NCBI GenBank assembly: GCA_963924565.1 | Contig: OZ004612.1 | Coordinates: 23,870,001-23,934,000, forward strand | Length of the DNA: 64,000 nt | Source: Ascidiella aspersa | Taxonomy: Eukaryota | Direction of reading: 5' to 3' | In this document: one piece after another, positions 47,834-62,272 of the stretch | How positions within the stretch are numbered: position 1 is the first letter of the stretch | How the letters are laid out: the number at the start of each line of letters is the position of its first letter | The notes under the pieces: generated by a model | What the model was told of the DNA's origin: nothing | What the model saw: only the letters and a program-made list of their open reading frames with translations | The model's database searches: none | Translations under genes and position numbers: made by a program

Positions 47834-50217
47834 GTCTAGAGTCTATAGACTATGATTTAAAAATCCTAAAATGTTAAAAATATGTTTTCAAGAATTTAAA
47901 GGTGTGGCAGATTGAAAGTTTTTAGAACGGCAGTATTGTTTAGCAATGATTCTGATTCTGATGTATACTTTAAAAATTTGTACGCATAACTCAAAAAGGC
48001 AATTTAAGTTAAGTAACTCCACTCCTGCAATCTAAGGTTTTGCAATGACATCCGATATAAAATCCTTCTAAATAACTTTAAATGTTAACATAAAATGAAA
48101 ATGATATCTATATGTCAATATTTTTATATTGGGTGTTTTTTTATATTGGGTGTTTTAAAAGCGACATTCTATCAGTTGTTAAGAACCCAACAAGGGAAAC
48201 ACGTTTGCTATTTTAAAAGCTTGACTTATAAAATTGTTAAATAAGACGTATTCCGTAAATCGTCGTGCCCATAAAGCTGTCATCAGCCAATAAATTCGGC
48301 CAGGTAAAATTTTGGCTAAACGATCCAGCTTATGGAACTGCAACGTGTTTGTGGTTCCTTTAGATCAGCCTTTCTTAATCTGGGGTAAAATTTCCTGGTT
48401 TTAGGAGGTAAATTAGCTATCAATCAAAATATACATTTTATGCTGACGGGATATAAAAATTGTGCCAGCTGTAGGTATTGGTAGCCTACTTTGCTAGTTC
48501 AGATTAACTGCTTATTCTAGCCTAGCCTACAGTTGATTCTTTATCGTCTTGTGTCGGTAGGCTAAAGTTTAGACCGAACCTAAGACCTATATTGACAAGT
48601 TTTTTCTTTTTTTTTAAATCATTTTGTCGTAGAAAATGTCTAGGTAATTGAGCAACATAAAAGCATTTCATATATTTGCTATGCTTAAATGTGATTTATT
48701 TTAAAACAATAGACATGCTAAATAATTATAAAAAACAAAAATTTCAAGGCAATAAATTGATTTGAAAAATACTTATTCCAACCATACACGCATTACTCCG
48801 GTTAGAAGCCCAAAATAGGTCGAGTTTGACACTTGCTTAGCTTTAACTTGAAAAAAAAAAATGAAATTTAAACTCCCGCGTGTAGCAAATGAGAAAGAAA
48901 CGTTAGAGCGGTTAAAAGGGTATTACAAGCCCCGCGTTCGGTTCGCAACAATTACGAGAACCCTGACGCTCTTTGCACAGTTTTCGCTCAGTTTGATTTA
49001 CGAGCACTCGTTTGCCACCAATTAAGCTCTCATTCTGCGTGAGTCTGGAATTCCCGCTGGATGTTGGCAAAACTATAGACATGCACAGTTTTTGTTTCTT
49101 TCTTGCCCGCCATTAACACGTCTACACTGGCAGTTTACCATATTTTGCTGTCTACAAACGTTGTTGAGTTGGAGTTATCTATAGTGAAACTTATTGCGTT
49201 GGATTTATTACGTAATCACTATTGACAAAAATTGTATTTTTATAGTAGCAGTTAAAGGCATATATTAAATAAAATGGTTTTTCTAGTTAATGTCTAGCAC
49301 TGTAAATTAAAAAAATGCCATGTTTTTTTTCTTAACCCAAATGCATGCTAATGACTAATCGTACGTCGTTTTCACATTCCATCTGTTTTATAAGAACATA
49401 TAGGAACCAATCGAATGAAATAATACCGCTAAAAAATAAAACATATTTTATATATTAGTTCATTATTACCAATTCGTTACTTTTATCTTACAATTTTTTT
49501 AGTAGCTTTTTTAAAACGCATAAATTTTGAGAACTAATGTTGCTGTTTGGAACAAATATAGGTAACCAGATCCATCGGAATATTTTGATCAGAGTTTAAT
49601 CGCATAATTAGAAATTTCTTTAGATTAACAGAATATGCCTGAATCCCAATAAATAACAAACGATTCTGGTTGCACACCAATGATAAAGATTAAACTAACG
49701 ACAGAGCTAAGTTAACGAAAATCAGTTATGGATGTAATAATTTGATTCAATTTGAATAAGACACGGATTATGCTTTTAGCAGCGAAATATATATATATCA
49801 TATAACATCAATACAAACTGATTTTCGGTTTACTAAGTTCTCTACTCGGTTTAATTTTTTTCCTTCTTATACCTACCATAAATTAAAAAACAATTAAAAT
49901 AAAAAAAATCTACTATTTTTGCAGAATCTCTCGCCCCTCCTGCCGGGTCGGTCGACAAAATTCCAAGGGCGAAATGACACCCAGGGTGGAGCCCCAGGCC
50001 TTTTACCCCTCGCAGCACCCGAGGAGGTACTATCTGGCCCACAGGCGATGGCCCCATCACAAGCCGGGGTACTACAGGGACCCCTACACACGATGAGCTC
50101 AACGGCGCCATAGCGTAATGCGAAATTAAAATAAAGCTTTTTTAGGAATAAGATGAGTGCGATGGTTCTGTGCAAGGTTACTGTCCGTTTTTTGTTGTTT
50201 CGAGCCGATAGGTTAAT

Positions 50218-50532
50218 TCAATGATTCTAAACCTTTTATGGCTTACGGCACCCCTTAAAAATAGTAAATAGATTCGCGGCACCCCGACTGTAATTTTCGT
50301 CGAGTATTTTAATGACTTGTATCTATAAATGGAACTGGAACAATACAACCAACTTACATGTAGGAAAATGTCATTTGATAAAATGGCCTCTAATCCTACA
50401 CAAATAGTTGTATCAGAAAGCTTACCAATGGAGAAAAAAATCACATTTTTTTTAATTTCAAATACCTTTTGGCACCCTTGAGCATTAAAAATGTCACACA
50501 AGTGCGCCGCGGCACCCCGGTTGAGAAAAGTG
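50218..50532. mobile_element. Degenerate hAT-type MITE with CGGCACCC subterminal repeats
   Basis: caatgattctaaacctttt ... ggttgagaaaagtg termini; four (C)GGCACCC motifs. Confidence 0.55.
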
Positions 50533-53500
50533 ATGCCTATAATGCTGTTAGTAATTTAGGTATGAAACTTTGACCATAATTGTTGAAGATTGTGTTGGAC
50601 GGTAGAGAAACATAAAAGCCCAGTAGGATGTTATAGTTATTTGAAACTTAAAATGTTCCTAACTTGTAGACTTGGCGCTTGCTGACGATTTTGGTTTAGG
50701 AATACATTTTCTTGAAATACGAAATCTCTTAGTTTCAAGCCCAAAACGACTTCGCTTTTTGAAGAAGAGACCTGTTACCGTTTTTTTCCCTGAAAACTCC
50801 TATTTGCTTAACCTTATGTCGAGCGCTTGTAATAATTAAAATATATAAACGCCGTTGGCGATTTTAATAGATTATTGTGATGCCTATTTTATTTTACTGA
50901 TTTAATTTGTTTAAAAACAAGACGAAAGAAGTATTTTGTATCAATACGTCGCCTTGCTCTTGCTATACCTCTCAGTTTGATATTTTTCCAGTGTTTTTTT
51001 GTTATTGTAATATTTAAAAAATGAATTTATACAAATGTGTAAATTTGTCGCCATTTAATATACTCGCTTTGCGGTTGATGACTTAAAACTATATGTTTCG
51101 TCAATTAGGACGAAATCTAAATATAAAAAAAATTACAGTGAAACATCAAAAGTTGCATGTTTACACCGAAAACGTTGCCTGCTTTGCAAATTTGCCAGTT
51201 TATTCTTCAACAATATACAGACTGTAGGTTTTGTTAGGCTATAAATCCCAAACTCATAAAACAGTTTATCGCCCTATTCTGCCAACGTTCGAAGTTCAAC
51301 TCTGTATATTGCACGTAACGCGACTGATTTTTCGCGACGCCATATTGTTGCTTGTTTGTGCTTTGTTCCTTATTTTACGGCGTTTGACTGTTTTATATTG
51401 TTTTAACCGATCAGGCGTCTTTGCTGCTTCATACACTTATAACGTCGTTTAAATACAATTTCCAATAAGGCTACATACTCTATACCGTTTCACAGTTCTT
51501 TCAGAAATCCACTCAATGAGTATTAAGCATTAAAGCCTTTTACAAACAAAAATAACGGTTGGTTGACTGATGCGTTCGTTTGTTTCAAAGTTTGCTTGTG
51601 CGATAAAGGTTTCACAACAAACGTAAAAGTACGAGGTCACAACGAAAAGTACGAGACGCAAAACTTTGCAACATTTGCTATTTTACCTGAAAGCAAACCG
51701 TTATTTAATTTTTCATATATTTCTAATCACTTAAAATATTTTGAGGCTGTATATAAAACAAGTGTAAAACATAAAATAATTTCTTAAAATTTTACACAAA
51801 AATTTATTTCGCCTTATAAATAGACATCATCAGTTTCTGTACAAAAATCAAACACTTACAAAACGCTATTGGTAGGTAAAGAGTGATATATAAAATGTAT
51901 AAATATAAGGCCGAGTACAAAGTTAAAAACACTAAAAAAAATATAGACAAATTTGCGCACACCAAGAACGATAAACAGGACCACGATACAAATATTACCC
52001 CTAAAAAAACCTAATAATCGCCAATCCATTCAGAAAAAGTAGATATGCTATGCAAAAGTGTGACTGTACAACTACAAACACGTGTGCGAACTACTATGTG
52101 GGGTACGGGGAGGCGGCTTCTGCAAATATTAGCCCTGGGTACTTTCGCGGGACGAGCAAATAGACTTGTATGGCTTGTGTCTATATGCTCAAATCTTGAG
52201 CCAGACCCGGGCCCCAGCAGTTGTATTGCTTAGCGAAGAGAGGCGAACGGGTGGGCACCGTTCCGATTTTCCAAAGTGTGGAAGCTTTTCTGATCAGCAC
52301 GGCAAACACGGAATCCATTCACTGGATGTTTGCTCTGATTTCGACAAGCCTTTGCGTGGTTTACCAGTAATATATTTGACAAATAATCAATGGCGAATTG
52401 CTGTGCTTACAAACCAACGTTCGATGTATTTTAAGAGGAGTGATTCGACTGTAAAATAACAAAAATATCGTTAAGGGAAATTTCCACCTTTGTTGACAAT
52501 TAGTGCATTTGTTTAATGTTTTATAAGAGTCGCTATATTTTGATGGTACCAGCGGCTATCATAAAAATTTTAATTGAAATTGCCCAATGTTATACATGTG
52601 GGAAGACATCAAAGTTTTCATAAACCGATATAACTAAAAAAATCGAAATACACGGTAAAACTCTTGTAATACCATGATTGGTGAATTTATTTTTTATATA
52701 CGAAGAAAGAAAACTGTGAGGAGATCAGTCATCAATCGATAAAACGCTTTTTATCTCTTCGATGTGTAGTGAAATTGGCTCATTCAATTGTCAGCCAGTC
52801 GCTGACTAATACCCCCGGCATGACGTCACGTCTTTAGCTGTGACGTCATAAACTAGGAATGACGCATCTGTTCCAATAAGGGGAGCTGATAAATTATGCA
52901 TGCGTCGGTATTGGAAGATTTATTGTCTAATAATTAATTTATTGCCGACAGCTTAAGCTTTTAATAAATTCTCAAAAATAATGATTACGATTTTTTCCTG
53001 GCCCAATAAGATGGAAATGAATGCCTTACAGTACGACATTTTTGTAATTTAGTCCACAGAGTGGTGTCTTTATGTTACACAGAAAAACATATTTCTAATA
53101 AATATTTATATTAACGTTAAAAAGAATGTTAAACACGACGGCTAGACAATATCACAACTATATATATAATTTTGTTTAAAACGTTTGTGCTTCCATAAAG
53201 AAACAAAAACTCCCATACGTAAAACGACTGTCATAGAATAACTAAACCAAGAGAACGACAGATATTTAAGCAAATTTTATACTGCTTCTTATTTTTCAAA
53301 AGTGTCACATGGCGAGAAATAATGACCTTGGTGGTGTAAATGTAAAGGTAAAATCAAAATTTGCCAAAAAGGTTCTACGTCTCAAACGTTACGATCTATA
53401 TATGGAATTTCATAAATTAAAATGTGTTATTTGTCGATCGACATTTACGCCTATCAGAATATTGGCTAGATTTGAAGACCACCATATAAAATGCCTGTAA

Positions 53501-56500
53501 AAAATGTAGGCGATTTTTTATTTGATAATGACGATTTTTGATAGCATACAGAGTTGAAACAAACCTCTCGCTAAAACGAGCATTTGTGTTTGGTGAAACT
53601 GACAATTAAAGCGTTTGAAGGTTTAACGTACAGTTGTGTGCATTTTAAATTGTTAGATTTTTCCAAAGCTCTAGTTTAATTAATTTTACTTGAAAACAAC
53701 ATGTGGCCATCCCAGTATAATTGCAACGAGCCTATAGCAGCTGTACGCCCAATACCAGTTCGTTGCTTGAAAACCGTATTCGCCCAAAAGCTATATATAC
53801 CTACAGATAAACGGAAAAGCGCTTTCTAACGGGGACGCTCATGCGATCTTCGCTCTTTGGCGACGCGAAAGTGGCGCTGGAGTGCAACCGCTGGCAGCAA
53901 TCACAGAGAGGACTCCAGGCTCTCATGTCCCCCCCCCCTACCACCCGCGGGCCCTCGAAAAATGGCCGCGCGTTAGGACGCGAAGAGCGTCGAAAAAGAG
54001 AAGAGCCGACGGCTCTGTCAATATTTGCCGGATCGTTTTCGTCGACGCTTCGTCTTCAGCTGCGCGAAACGCACTTTCGCAAAAGATCGACGCGAATTTC
54101 GTTGATGGGAAAAATGAGCGCTGAGCGGCTGGCGAGGCGGAGGAACCGTTTTTTTTGTCAGACTACACGCTGCGACCGAGCACTGCGCTGATGTTATATG
54201 GGCCCTATGACGCTTCGACGACCCTTTATCTCTCGCCTTAAAATGCAAGCACAGAGTTCTTCCCGTGATGGCGCTACAGCCTGTTAAAAAAAAAAGCTTT
54301 GAAAAACGTTTTAATTTATTAATGTAAGTACGCAAAAGCTTTGCCTTCTTTAATGATGTCCAAGAACACGGTAAAAACAGTGGAAAATTCAGAATGCCAT
54401 ATTACGCTAGGAAATAAGAATCTTGCTGCTTTTGGGGTTAAATGGGCCAGTCTTTAAACGTACATCTGTCGCTTATTATAAAGTGCTATCCATCTTTTAT
54501 CTCTCGTGCGTCTTTTTCTTCCGCTTACGCAATAAAAAATAAATAACAAAATTGAACAATGTTTTATTCCAACAATAAAGGAAAGAAAGACTTTGGTATT
54601 TTATCGACCAATATATATATTTATACTGTGGTGTTTCTCATTAATTTTGTAAATGTCACGTGTGAAATGATGTGTTATCATCATTTTATAGTAATGAAGC
54701 TGCTGTTGTATTGTGCTGTTTCCAATAATGCACACAGATATACAAAACGTTCCCATTTGAAAAATTTCCACCTATTTAAAAAATTGACTATTTTTATTTG
54801 CTAAATCGTTCGCATCAATGATGTCAAAAAATACCCATCGAACGATTTTGAAATTCTAAATGAACATTTCTAAGACTATATTTGCAGATAAAAAAAATGT
54901 TACCTTGGCCCTGGCATTTACAAACCATTAATTTCATTCCTTTATAATGTGTTTTGGCATCCATTTTAATTTTGTTCTATATATAGTCTTAGATATATTC
55001 ATTCCATAGGTATATAAGGAATAAACATTACTGTAAAAAACATTGGACTTTTAGTTTTGCTTAGAATTTGAGTATAAAGTTTGATTAAACCTAAACTATG
55101 ATTTTTATTATAAGATATATCCAATTTCACAGTTTCTCACCCTATCAGATAAAGTCACATTTTCAGCAATTAATTTAAAACAAAAATATATTTATACGCA
55201 ACTGTAAACAACTATAGCGTAAATATATAATTTATTAATGCAGCGTTGGTATGCCCTACAATTTTCTTGCTACAAACATTGACAACAACCACCTCAAACT
55301 TATTCACGGGAAATTTTGTTTGCCCTGGTTGGCTCCAAAACGACACGTTGCATCAGATTCAATGCAAACACAAGTATTGCGGTAAAACTTAACGGGTTGC
55401 ATAAACTTGTAAAAAAAGTTAATAGTGACAAAAATGGTCAATCATAATAATGTTTCGTGAAGAGTTGGCATTCTGGCGAGAGCGTTTCGAAGAGCGGCTA
55501 TATTTGCTATAGCGACATTAAGTCAAACAATATCTAGGCACCTTAAGACAGAAAGTAAAATTTCAGTCCCATTTATAGTTCAAGATTCAGAGACGTATAA
55601 AGAAAAAGGCAAGACTTTTCGTCATTTAATAAAATCACAAACTTGCAGGTTCGAAAATCACTGGTTAATCGCCATCATATTTCTCGATATTAAATGTCAC
55701 AAACTGCGTATGGGCATTTCTGTTGATTTTCTTCTTTGATTTGCATCGCGAAAAGTCATTCAACAAGAGCGGAAAACAGAAACGATTCGCACCGTTATAA
55801 CATCTTCACATCCTCCTTTGGCACTTTGGTGAAACGTCTCTAATCGCTGCCAATATGTTGGCGTTGTGATGAAACAGTTTATTTGAACTGATGGGTTGTG
55901 ACGGGTCCTGGAAATAAAATAAAGCTTTTTGCAATATACACAATGTATCAGAAAAGTCGACGTAGAAAGGCGACTATAATTGCCAACTACATATCATCTC
56001 GAAAGTTCTATAGCACTTTGGTTAAGAAGTTCTAGTCGCTAAACACCCTTGGAATTTAAAAATTTGTTTGAGCTTATCCATTAAGTTGTTACTTAGGGTT
56101 GTTATTCAACAACCACAAAATTTTGTGCAAATCTGGTTAGGATCGAAAATATGAAAAATTAAAACGGTCCACCTAAAATAGGGGTCTACAGTTATTGTAG
56201 GCTATGTAGTTGCAATACATTAATACAGAGTAAACGGAACTACCAAACAAACAGGTCTTTAATGCAGCGAATTCCACTCACGTGGCACGCGAAAACGTTT
56301 TGCGAAAAAATAACCTATTCGTACAGCAAGCATAGTAAGACTTAATGCGCAGTATAAACTATTGAACATATTAAAAAAAGAATATTTATCTATTGCCTTC
56401 CCGCGCAGTTGTTCAATATGCAGTATGCCAAAAAAAAGCAATATGCAGTATTGCCAAAAATGAGAATTATTGGTTTTAACTTTAACTGTTTGTTCATATC

Positions 56501-59500
56501 TCACGCCGTTTTACAATATGCAAGTTTGCAATTTTCAAATCGGTAAACGAACTTGTATTATTCTTTTCACATATCAAACAAAACTGTTGTTTGTTCAGTA
56601 AAAGTGGCTGCTATACAAGTCCTTAACTAGGGCGATTATTTTTTGATCTAGAAAATGAGAAATTTTGACCTAAAAATTTGAAATTTTGACATAAAAATCT
56701 ATTGTTTTGACAAAATTTTGACTTATTATAAAAAAAACATTGATTTAAACTGCATATTGTTGTTTGAAGTACTGCATTATAGTATATTGGCGTCGTCAAC
56801 CACACGTTTTAGATGTTACTGACTATCCGGTCGAGCACGAGTTTATGAAAAACTCATGGAAATGCGCACTTGATATATTTGTTATTTGAAAAAGACAAAC
56901 TAACAAGACGCTGGTTGATAGAAAAGTGTTGTGTAAACAGTTCAAATAGGCCTACAATGTAAAAATAATTTCTAAAAAATTAACAAACAAAAAATATAAG
57001 CTAATTTCGAACTAACTAACAAAAAAAAATAAGCTAATTAACTAACAAAAATAAGCTAATTTCGTCAAAATTTTTAACCAAACGACAGTTTCTGTAGCTC
57101 ACTCTATATGTTGAGAAATATTTTTTCTATGTTTTCGTCCATTTACAATATCTATCTGATCCGTCCCGTCATCTTTAATCGTTTTAGTTGCCCGCCATCG
57201 CCATAATTTAAAATTATCCAGCCCTTGATAAACAAACGTTGGGCGACCCCTTGTGTATAAAATCATTGGCCAGTGGCCACACTACCATTGAATTTATTCT
57301 ACCACGGCTGTTACCAATGTGGCGTCAAAGCAAGCATCAAGCGTCTTGTGAAGAACTGAATAATGATTTACTTTCAAAATTTGAAGCTAAGCAGTGAAAT
57401 ACGTTAACATTACTGGAAAATTTGTCTTCAGCCAGTGTTATTGCCATCTTTATAAGTTTATTCATATTTTTCATGTTTGTTGTATATAATTGTAGGGAAG
57501 GTGTCACATAAAGACACAAATACAAGACACGATGCCATGTGTAATTGTCATTTTGTTATTTCCTACATTTTTTTGTTAAACGTACAGTTATTATAGCCAT
57601 TGGCACTAAATTTGTTTTTAATAAAATGAATGTGACTCTCATCAACATTTCATATTCGAGTTTGACTTGCCGGTATACCTTGTTACATTCCTTTATTTTT
57701 GTATTATACATTTTTATTTGACTATATACATTTTAAAAAGCAAATAAAATAAAAACCTTTTCGGAATTTTTCTGAAGAAAAGTAGGGTGGGGCGTAGAAA
57801 TATTATACTCTAACGGTTTTTCGTATAAATAACTATATTATTGTTCTAATTATTATTTTTTCTGCTTAATAACTTAACGTAGGCGCTTCTTTATGTATAT
57901 CGTGATGTTGCCATCAAAAATTTGAAACCAAGAAGATTTATTGTGCAGTAACATATTTACATAACCTATTTTTATATAAGAACAAATCTAGCCCCAATAT
58001 AAGAGGCTTTCATATAACTGGAAAGAAAAACTCTTTGGCAAATAGTATGAAATTTTCCTTTATTATAGTCTTTAACTCTTTTTCAAACGTGATTTTCAAA
58101 TTAAACAAAAAGACACAATCGCATTTTTTTCGAAAATGCTCTTACAAAAAATAGAAATTGGGTTTAGCGCTTTGAGCTGTAAAAACCTTAAAACAGTGGT
58201 TCTCAACATATATGGATAATTTCCTCTTAAAAGTGTATATTGACGATGAGGGTAATTTTGACTACGGTATGACGCGGTATCTCCGTTCTTTTCTCCTTGT
58301 ATAGCAACAAAATTGTTTACTAAGCAATTTCTTTTTAAAGCAAGCGTCTTGTACTTATGGCATTTTACACAAATGGCATTTTAATAGCAGTTTTGTATTT
58401 TTGTTATGCCAAAAATGTCAACTAAGCATTTTAAACAGTATTGCGCTCACCAGAAAACAAAAATGATTTGCGTTTTACTGGTCGTCTGCGAAACACCAAT
58501 AAAGGCTTCAACAAGTGACGAACGACGACAAGACACGAAAAAAACAATGCTTAGTTAAATCAATGTATTCCTAATAAGTTAAAAGTTTGTCAAAGTCTAC
58601 AAAAATTATTTTAGGTCTAAATTATTTCTTTAGGTAAAACAAACAGACGCCCTGGTTATAACTGCAATTTCTTTAAAAAGATGAAATTGAAGTTTAGTAA
58701 GCTCTATACTCGAGGGTACTACTCTAAAAAGAATTATACTGCTTTAAAAAAACTCAGTGTTCCCTATTTTCTATTTGGTTTTATTTTAATCCAACTAAAT
58801 ATGATTTAGCCCTGTAAAACTATATTTCTTTGCGCAATATAGTTTTACAGACTATATTTCATTGCGAAACACCAAATGCTGATTTAAAGTAGGCTATTAC
58901 AAATGTAATATCGGGCGAAACAAATACAACACGCGTTTGGGCATATTCCAAATCTTGTGGATTTACAATTTTAACAAAACTATTGTATAATGCTAAAACT
59001 TCCATGGGTTTTGTACATGGTTTACGTTTTTTTGTTTTCGCCGGCCTTCACGTTTTAGTAAAGGATAAGTATATTTGTTGGTGTATTTTCGCTTAGTGCC
59101 CAATTCAGAGAAACCATTCCGAAAATAAATTGTTTGTTTTATACGCAAACTCATTATTTCTGTTTATACTTTTAAAGCCGCCATTAAAATTCGCCCGGTA
59201 AAACTCGCAAACTGATGAAACTACCAATAGCTATCGGCCGGTCAAAAATACTGTGTTTTTCGATACGGATCGAAGAGAGCATTCTCCCACTGTTATTGGG
59301 TTATACTGCACCCAAGTGGTGAAAGCGTTAAAAAACGTTCTGATGCAAAACACGCCAACGGCTGTAACTCTACAACTAATTGCATCCAATTTGTTTCAGT
59401 GAATTCAAACAAGCCTAAATATTGCAACAAAAATTAATTGTTATAAACACGTTTCTATATACATCGCTGTAACCAATTATAATGATCAGTGTGCGTATAG

Positions 59501-62004
59501 CATTGCTGTATATGTCAGTCGCAACAATTAATTTATACCACCGGTTGCAAAGAAGCAAAGTATAATAAACAACTTACATCTCTGGGTTTGAATTAAAGTA
59601 AAATGTAGAACTGTTTGAAATTTTAAGAGATTATTGTATCTTGCATACGAATTCGTTAATTTTGGATATAATTCATTTGGTAAAACGTTTGAAATAAAAA
59701 CAAGTGAACCAGAAATGTATATAAAAACATTTTCAAAGCAATGCAAAAAAAACAGCACATAAAATATTATGACATTTGTTGATGTTTTTAATATAACTTT
59801 TGCTAGTTTATTTTGCATCCTATTAAAACAATATTATAAAAGCTGATCGGCTGCGTATTTACAAGCAAAAATCACATATTATTGCAAGCCAAAAAATTAG
59901 GCTGATGAACTCAGCTTTGAACTGAATGGCTTCACTGCTGGTTACACAGGCTTGGCGCCATTTTGTTTATGAACTTGACCGCCATAATGCATTTACACGA
60001 CGAAAAAGGAAATACCACGCGTCAATACAACGGTAGCCAACCGGAGCGGAAAATATCATTTTTACAAGTTTGTTTAACGATATAAGGGACGAAGACTGAT
60101 CACCGTTAATACAATTTATACAAGCTTGAGCATTGGCATTTATTAGCCTGTAATGTACACCCATATGTAAATAGATTTACTTTTAAGATGACATGGACTA
60201 GGGCCCACAGGTATTTTAATTCCTTTTAACTACCTTATTTCAATTGGGATACCTATCTTAATTCCGTCGGCGCTTTTATTACATTTTTTACATTCTGAAA
60301 TTACTTATTGCAAGATTTGTTATTTCTATGTACTTTTTGAAATAATTTTTGATTGACAAATCAAAATCAAGGCATCGTCTGAGATGTCTGCTTTACAGTC
60401 TCCGATTATAAAAAAATAAAATCAAGCTGACCGACACTTCACAGAAATCGTTTATCTATATATGCTATGGTACATAATTTTAAATTCCTAAACCATAAAA
60501 ATAACAAATTAGAAAATACATATTAATTGTATACACATTCAATATGTGTGACAACAATCCGTAAACGTTTACCTGCATCATTCGTTGATCGATGACACCC
60601 AATAAGCATCACCGTAATTTCCAGTAATTATCCAAACTTTCAAAGCCGCCATTTTGCCGTTAGACGGATTTGAACTTGACACGGCATGCTGACGTAATAG
60701 CGTTTTGCTGACACGCTTTCGTCAGCAGGCTAAAGAAAAGGCCTAGACGAAGATAAATCTGTTACTGAAATGTTATCAGCAGACAGAACTTTATTTTGAA
60801 AATACAAGAAATCAGCTATATTACCTGCAAAAAAGCAAGGCACAGAAAATTTTTAAGCCTAAAAAGTTCGTACCGACGCTCTCAATTTTATAGTAATATC
60901 CGAACTAATTGACGCATGGTTAAATTATTGATTTCCTAAATAATATGTTTTTTTAACCTATTTACCATGCAGGTTATATACTCATAAAATATTTACCTAA
61001 CTTTAAAACACAAACAACCCGATATAAAGGTTTTTAAAATCTGCCATTAATATCCTAAACGATTTGTTCAACACCTACAGGTAACCATCAAAAATGTACG
61101 TTAAGTTGAGAGAACTCGCGTTTGGTCGAAACAAAGTTGCTCTGCCGAAACTGATCCAAACCACACAGGGCAGCTGCCTTTATGGCGGACACATCATGTG
61201 TGAAAAAGACTGGAAAGCCTAAGTTAGCTCGGCCAAGTTCATTATCCCTAAAGTGAGCCAAGTGCAAGGCGGTTTCGCGCATAAACGTCCAATCACACGC
61301 TCGAAATCCAACCTTAAACGAGACGCAACGGGCTCTTAAGTCCTTTACGATCGGGGCCCTTTCAGTTGGGGAGAGCTGGGGGTGGCATTGTGTGGATAAT
61401 TCGGGGCTGAAAACCTATTTGGGTGCGCGGTTGCCGGGTGTGAGATAGATAAAAAGCTGTGCCAAGTCGTACTCCTTTTGGCGTGACCGCTGCTGTTTGC
61501 CTTTGCGATCTGATGCCCAAATGCAAACAGCAGTGCTCTTTGTAGCTGCCGGCAACGCAATTCGGTCTCCCGTCTGCAGCTCTAGTCGGAATCTTTAGTG
61601 ACCATGAGGCTATGCGATGTGTGGGTAAAAGCACAAAAGGATTGCACAGTTTTCGATTACCTGAAAGCTGCCTTTTGTTAAGTAAAACGGAAAAGCTTAA
61701 GGTCAGAAAAATCCGGTAAAATAACTAAAGGTCTAAGTAACGTCGGAATCCAAATCCCCTTTACAGATCTTCAGTAACTTACATGAAGATCTAATATAAT
61801 AATCAATATAAAGCTTGTGGATAATGCATTATAAAATCATTATAATATGTTGTGATAATTTATTTTTGTCATAACTTGTCCTTGAAGTATCAAAATATGC
61901 AAAACATTTGTTGTATCCAGTACTTGATTGAAAATGCTATTTATAAATATAAGTATTTCCTTTGGTACAATATTCCAAAACTACAGCTTGATTGGGATCT
62001 AGAA

Positions 62005-62272
62005 CAGTATCTTATCAACCTTTTTAGTGCCATATAAGTCTTTTTAGTGCCATATAAGAACTTTAAATTATAAGATAATGACCTACAATTAAAATTTTAA
62101 CAACATAAAAATGCCCTAATAATTATAATTTACGTCTATTAAAAACTTCAACAATTTGTAGGCTAATTACTCAGTTTCATTAATTATATAACAGTCTTTT
62201 TCATAACAGCATCTCATATTATTATCAAAATAACCCCAATGGGGGTGATAAACTACAGGTTAAAAACCACTG
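62005..62272. mobile_element. Degenerate hAT-type MITE containing a short tandem duplication
   Basis: CAGTATCTTATCAACCT ... AGGTTAAAAACCACTG; ctttttagtgccatataag is present twice. Confidence 0.5.

Noticed and set aside
59895-59935. CTGATGA as a possible hammerhead ribozyme or snoRNA core
   Set aside because: No correctly placed GAAA/stem II or terminal stem could be built
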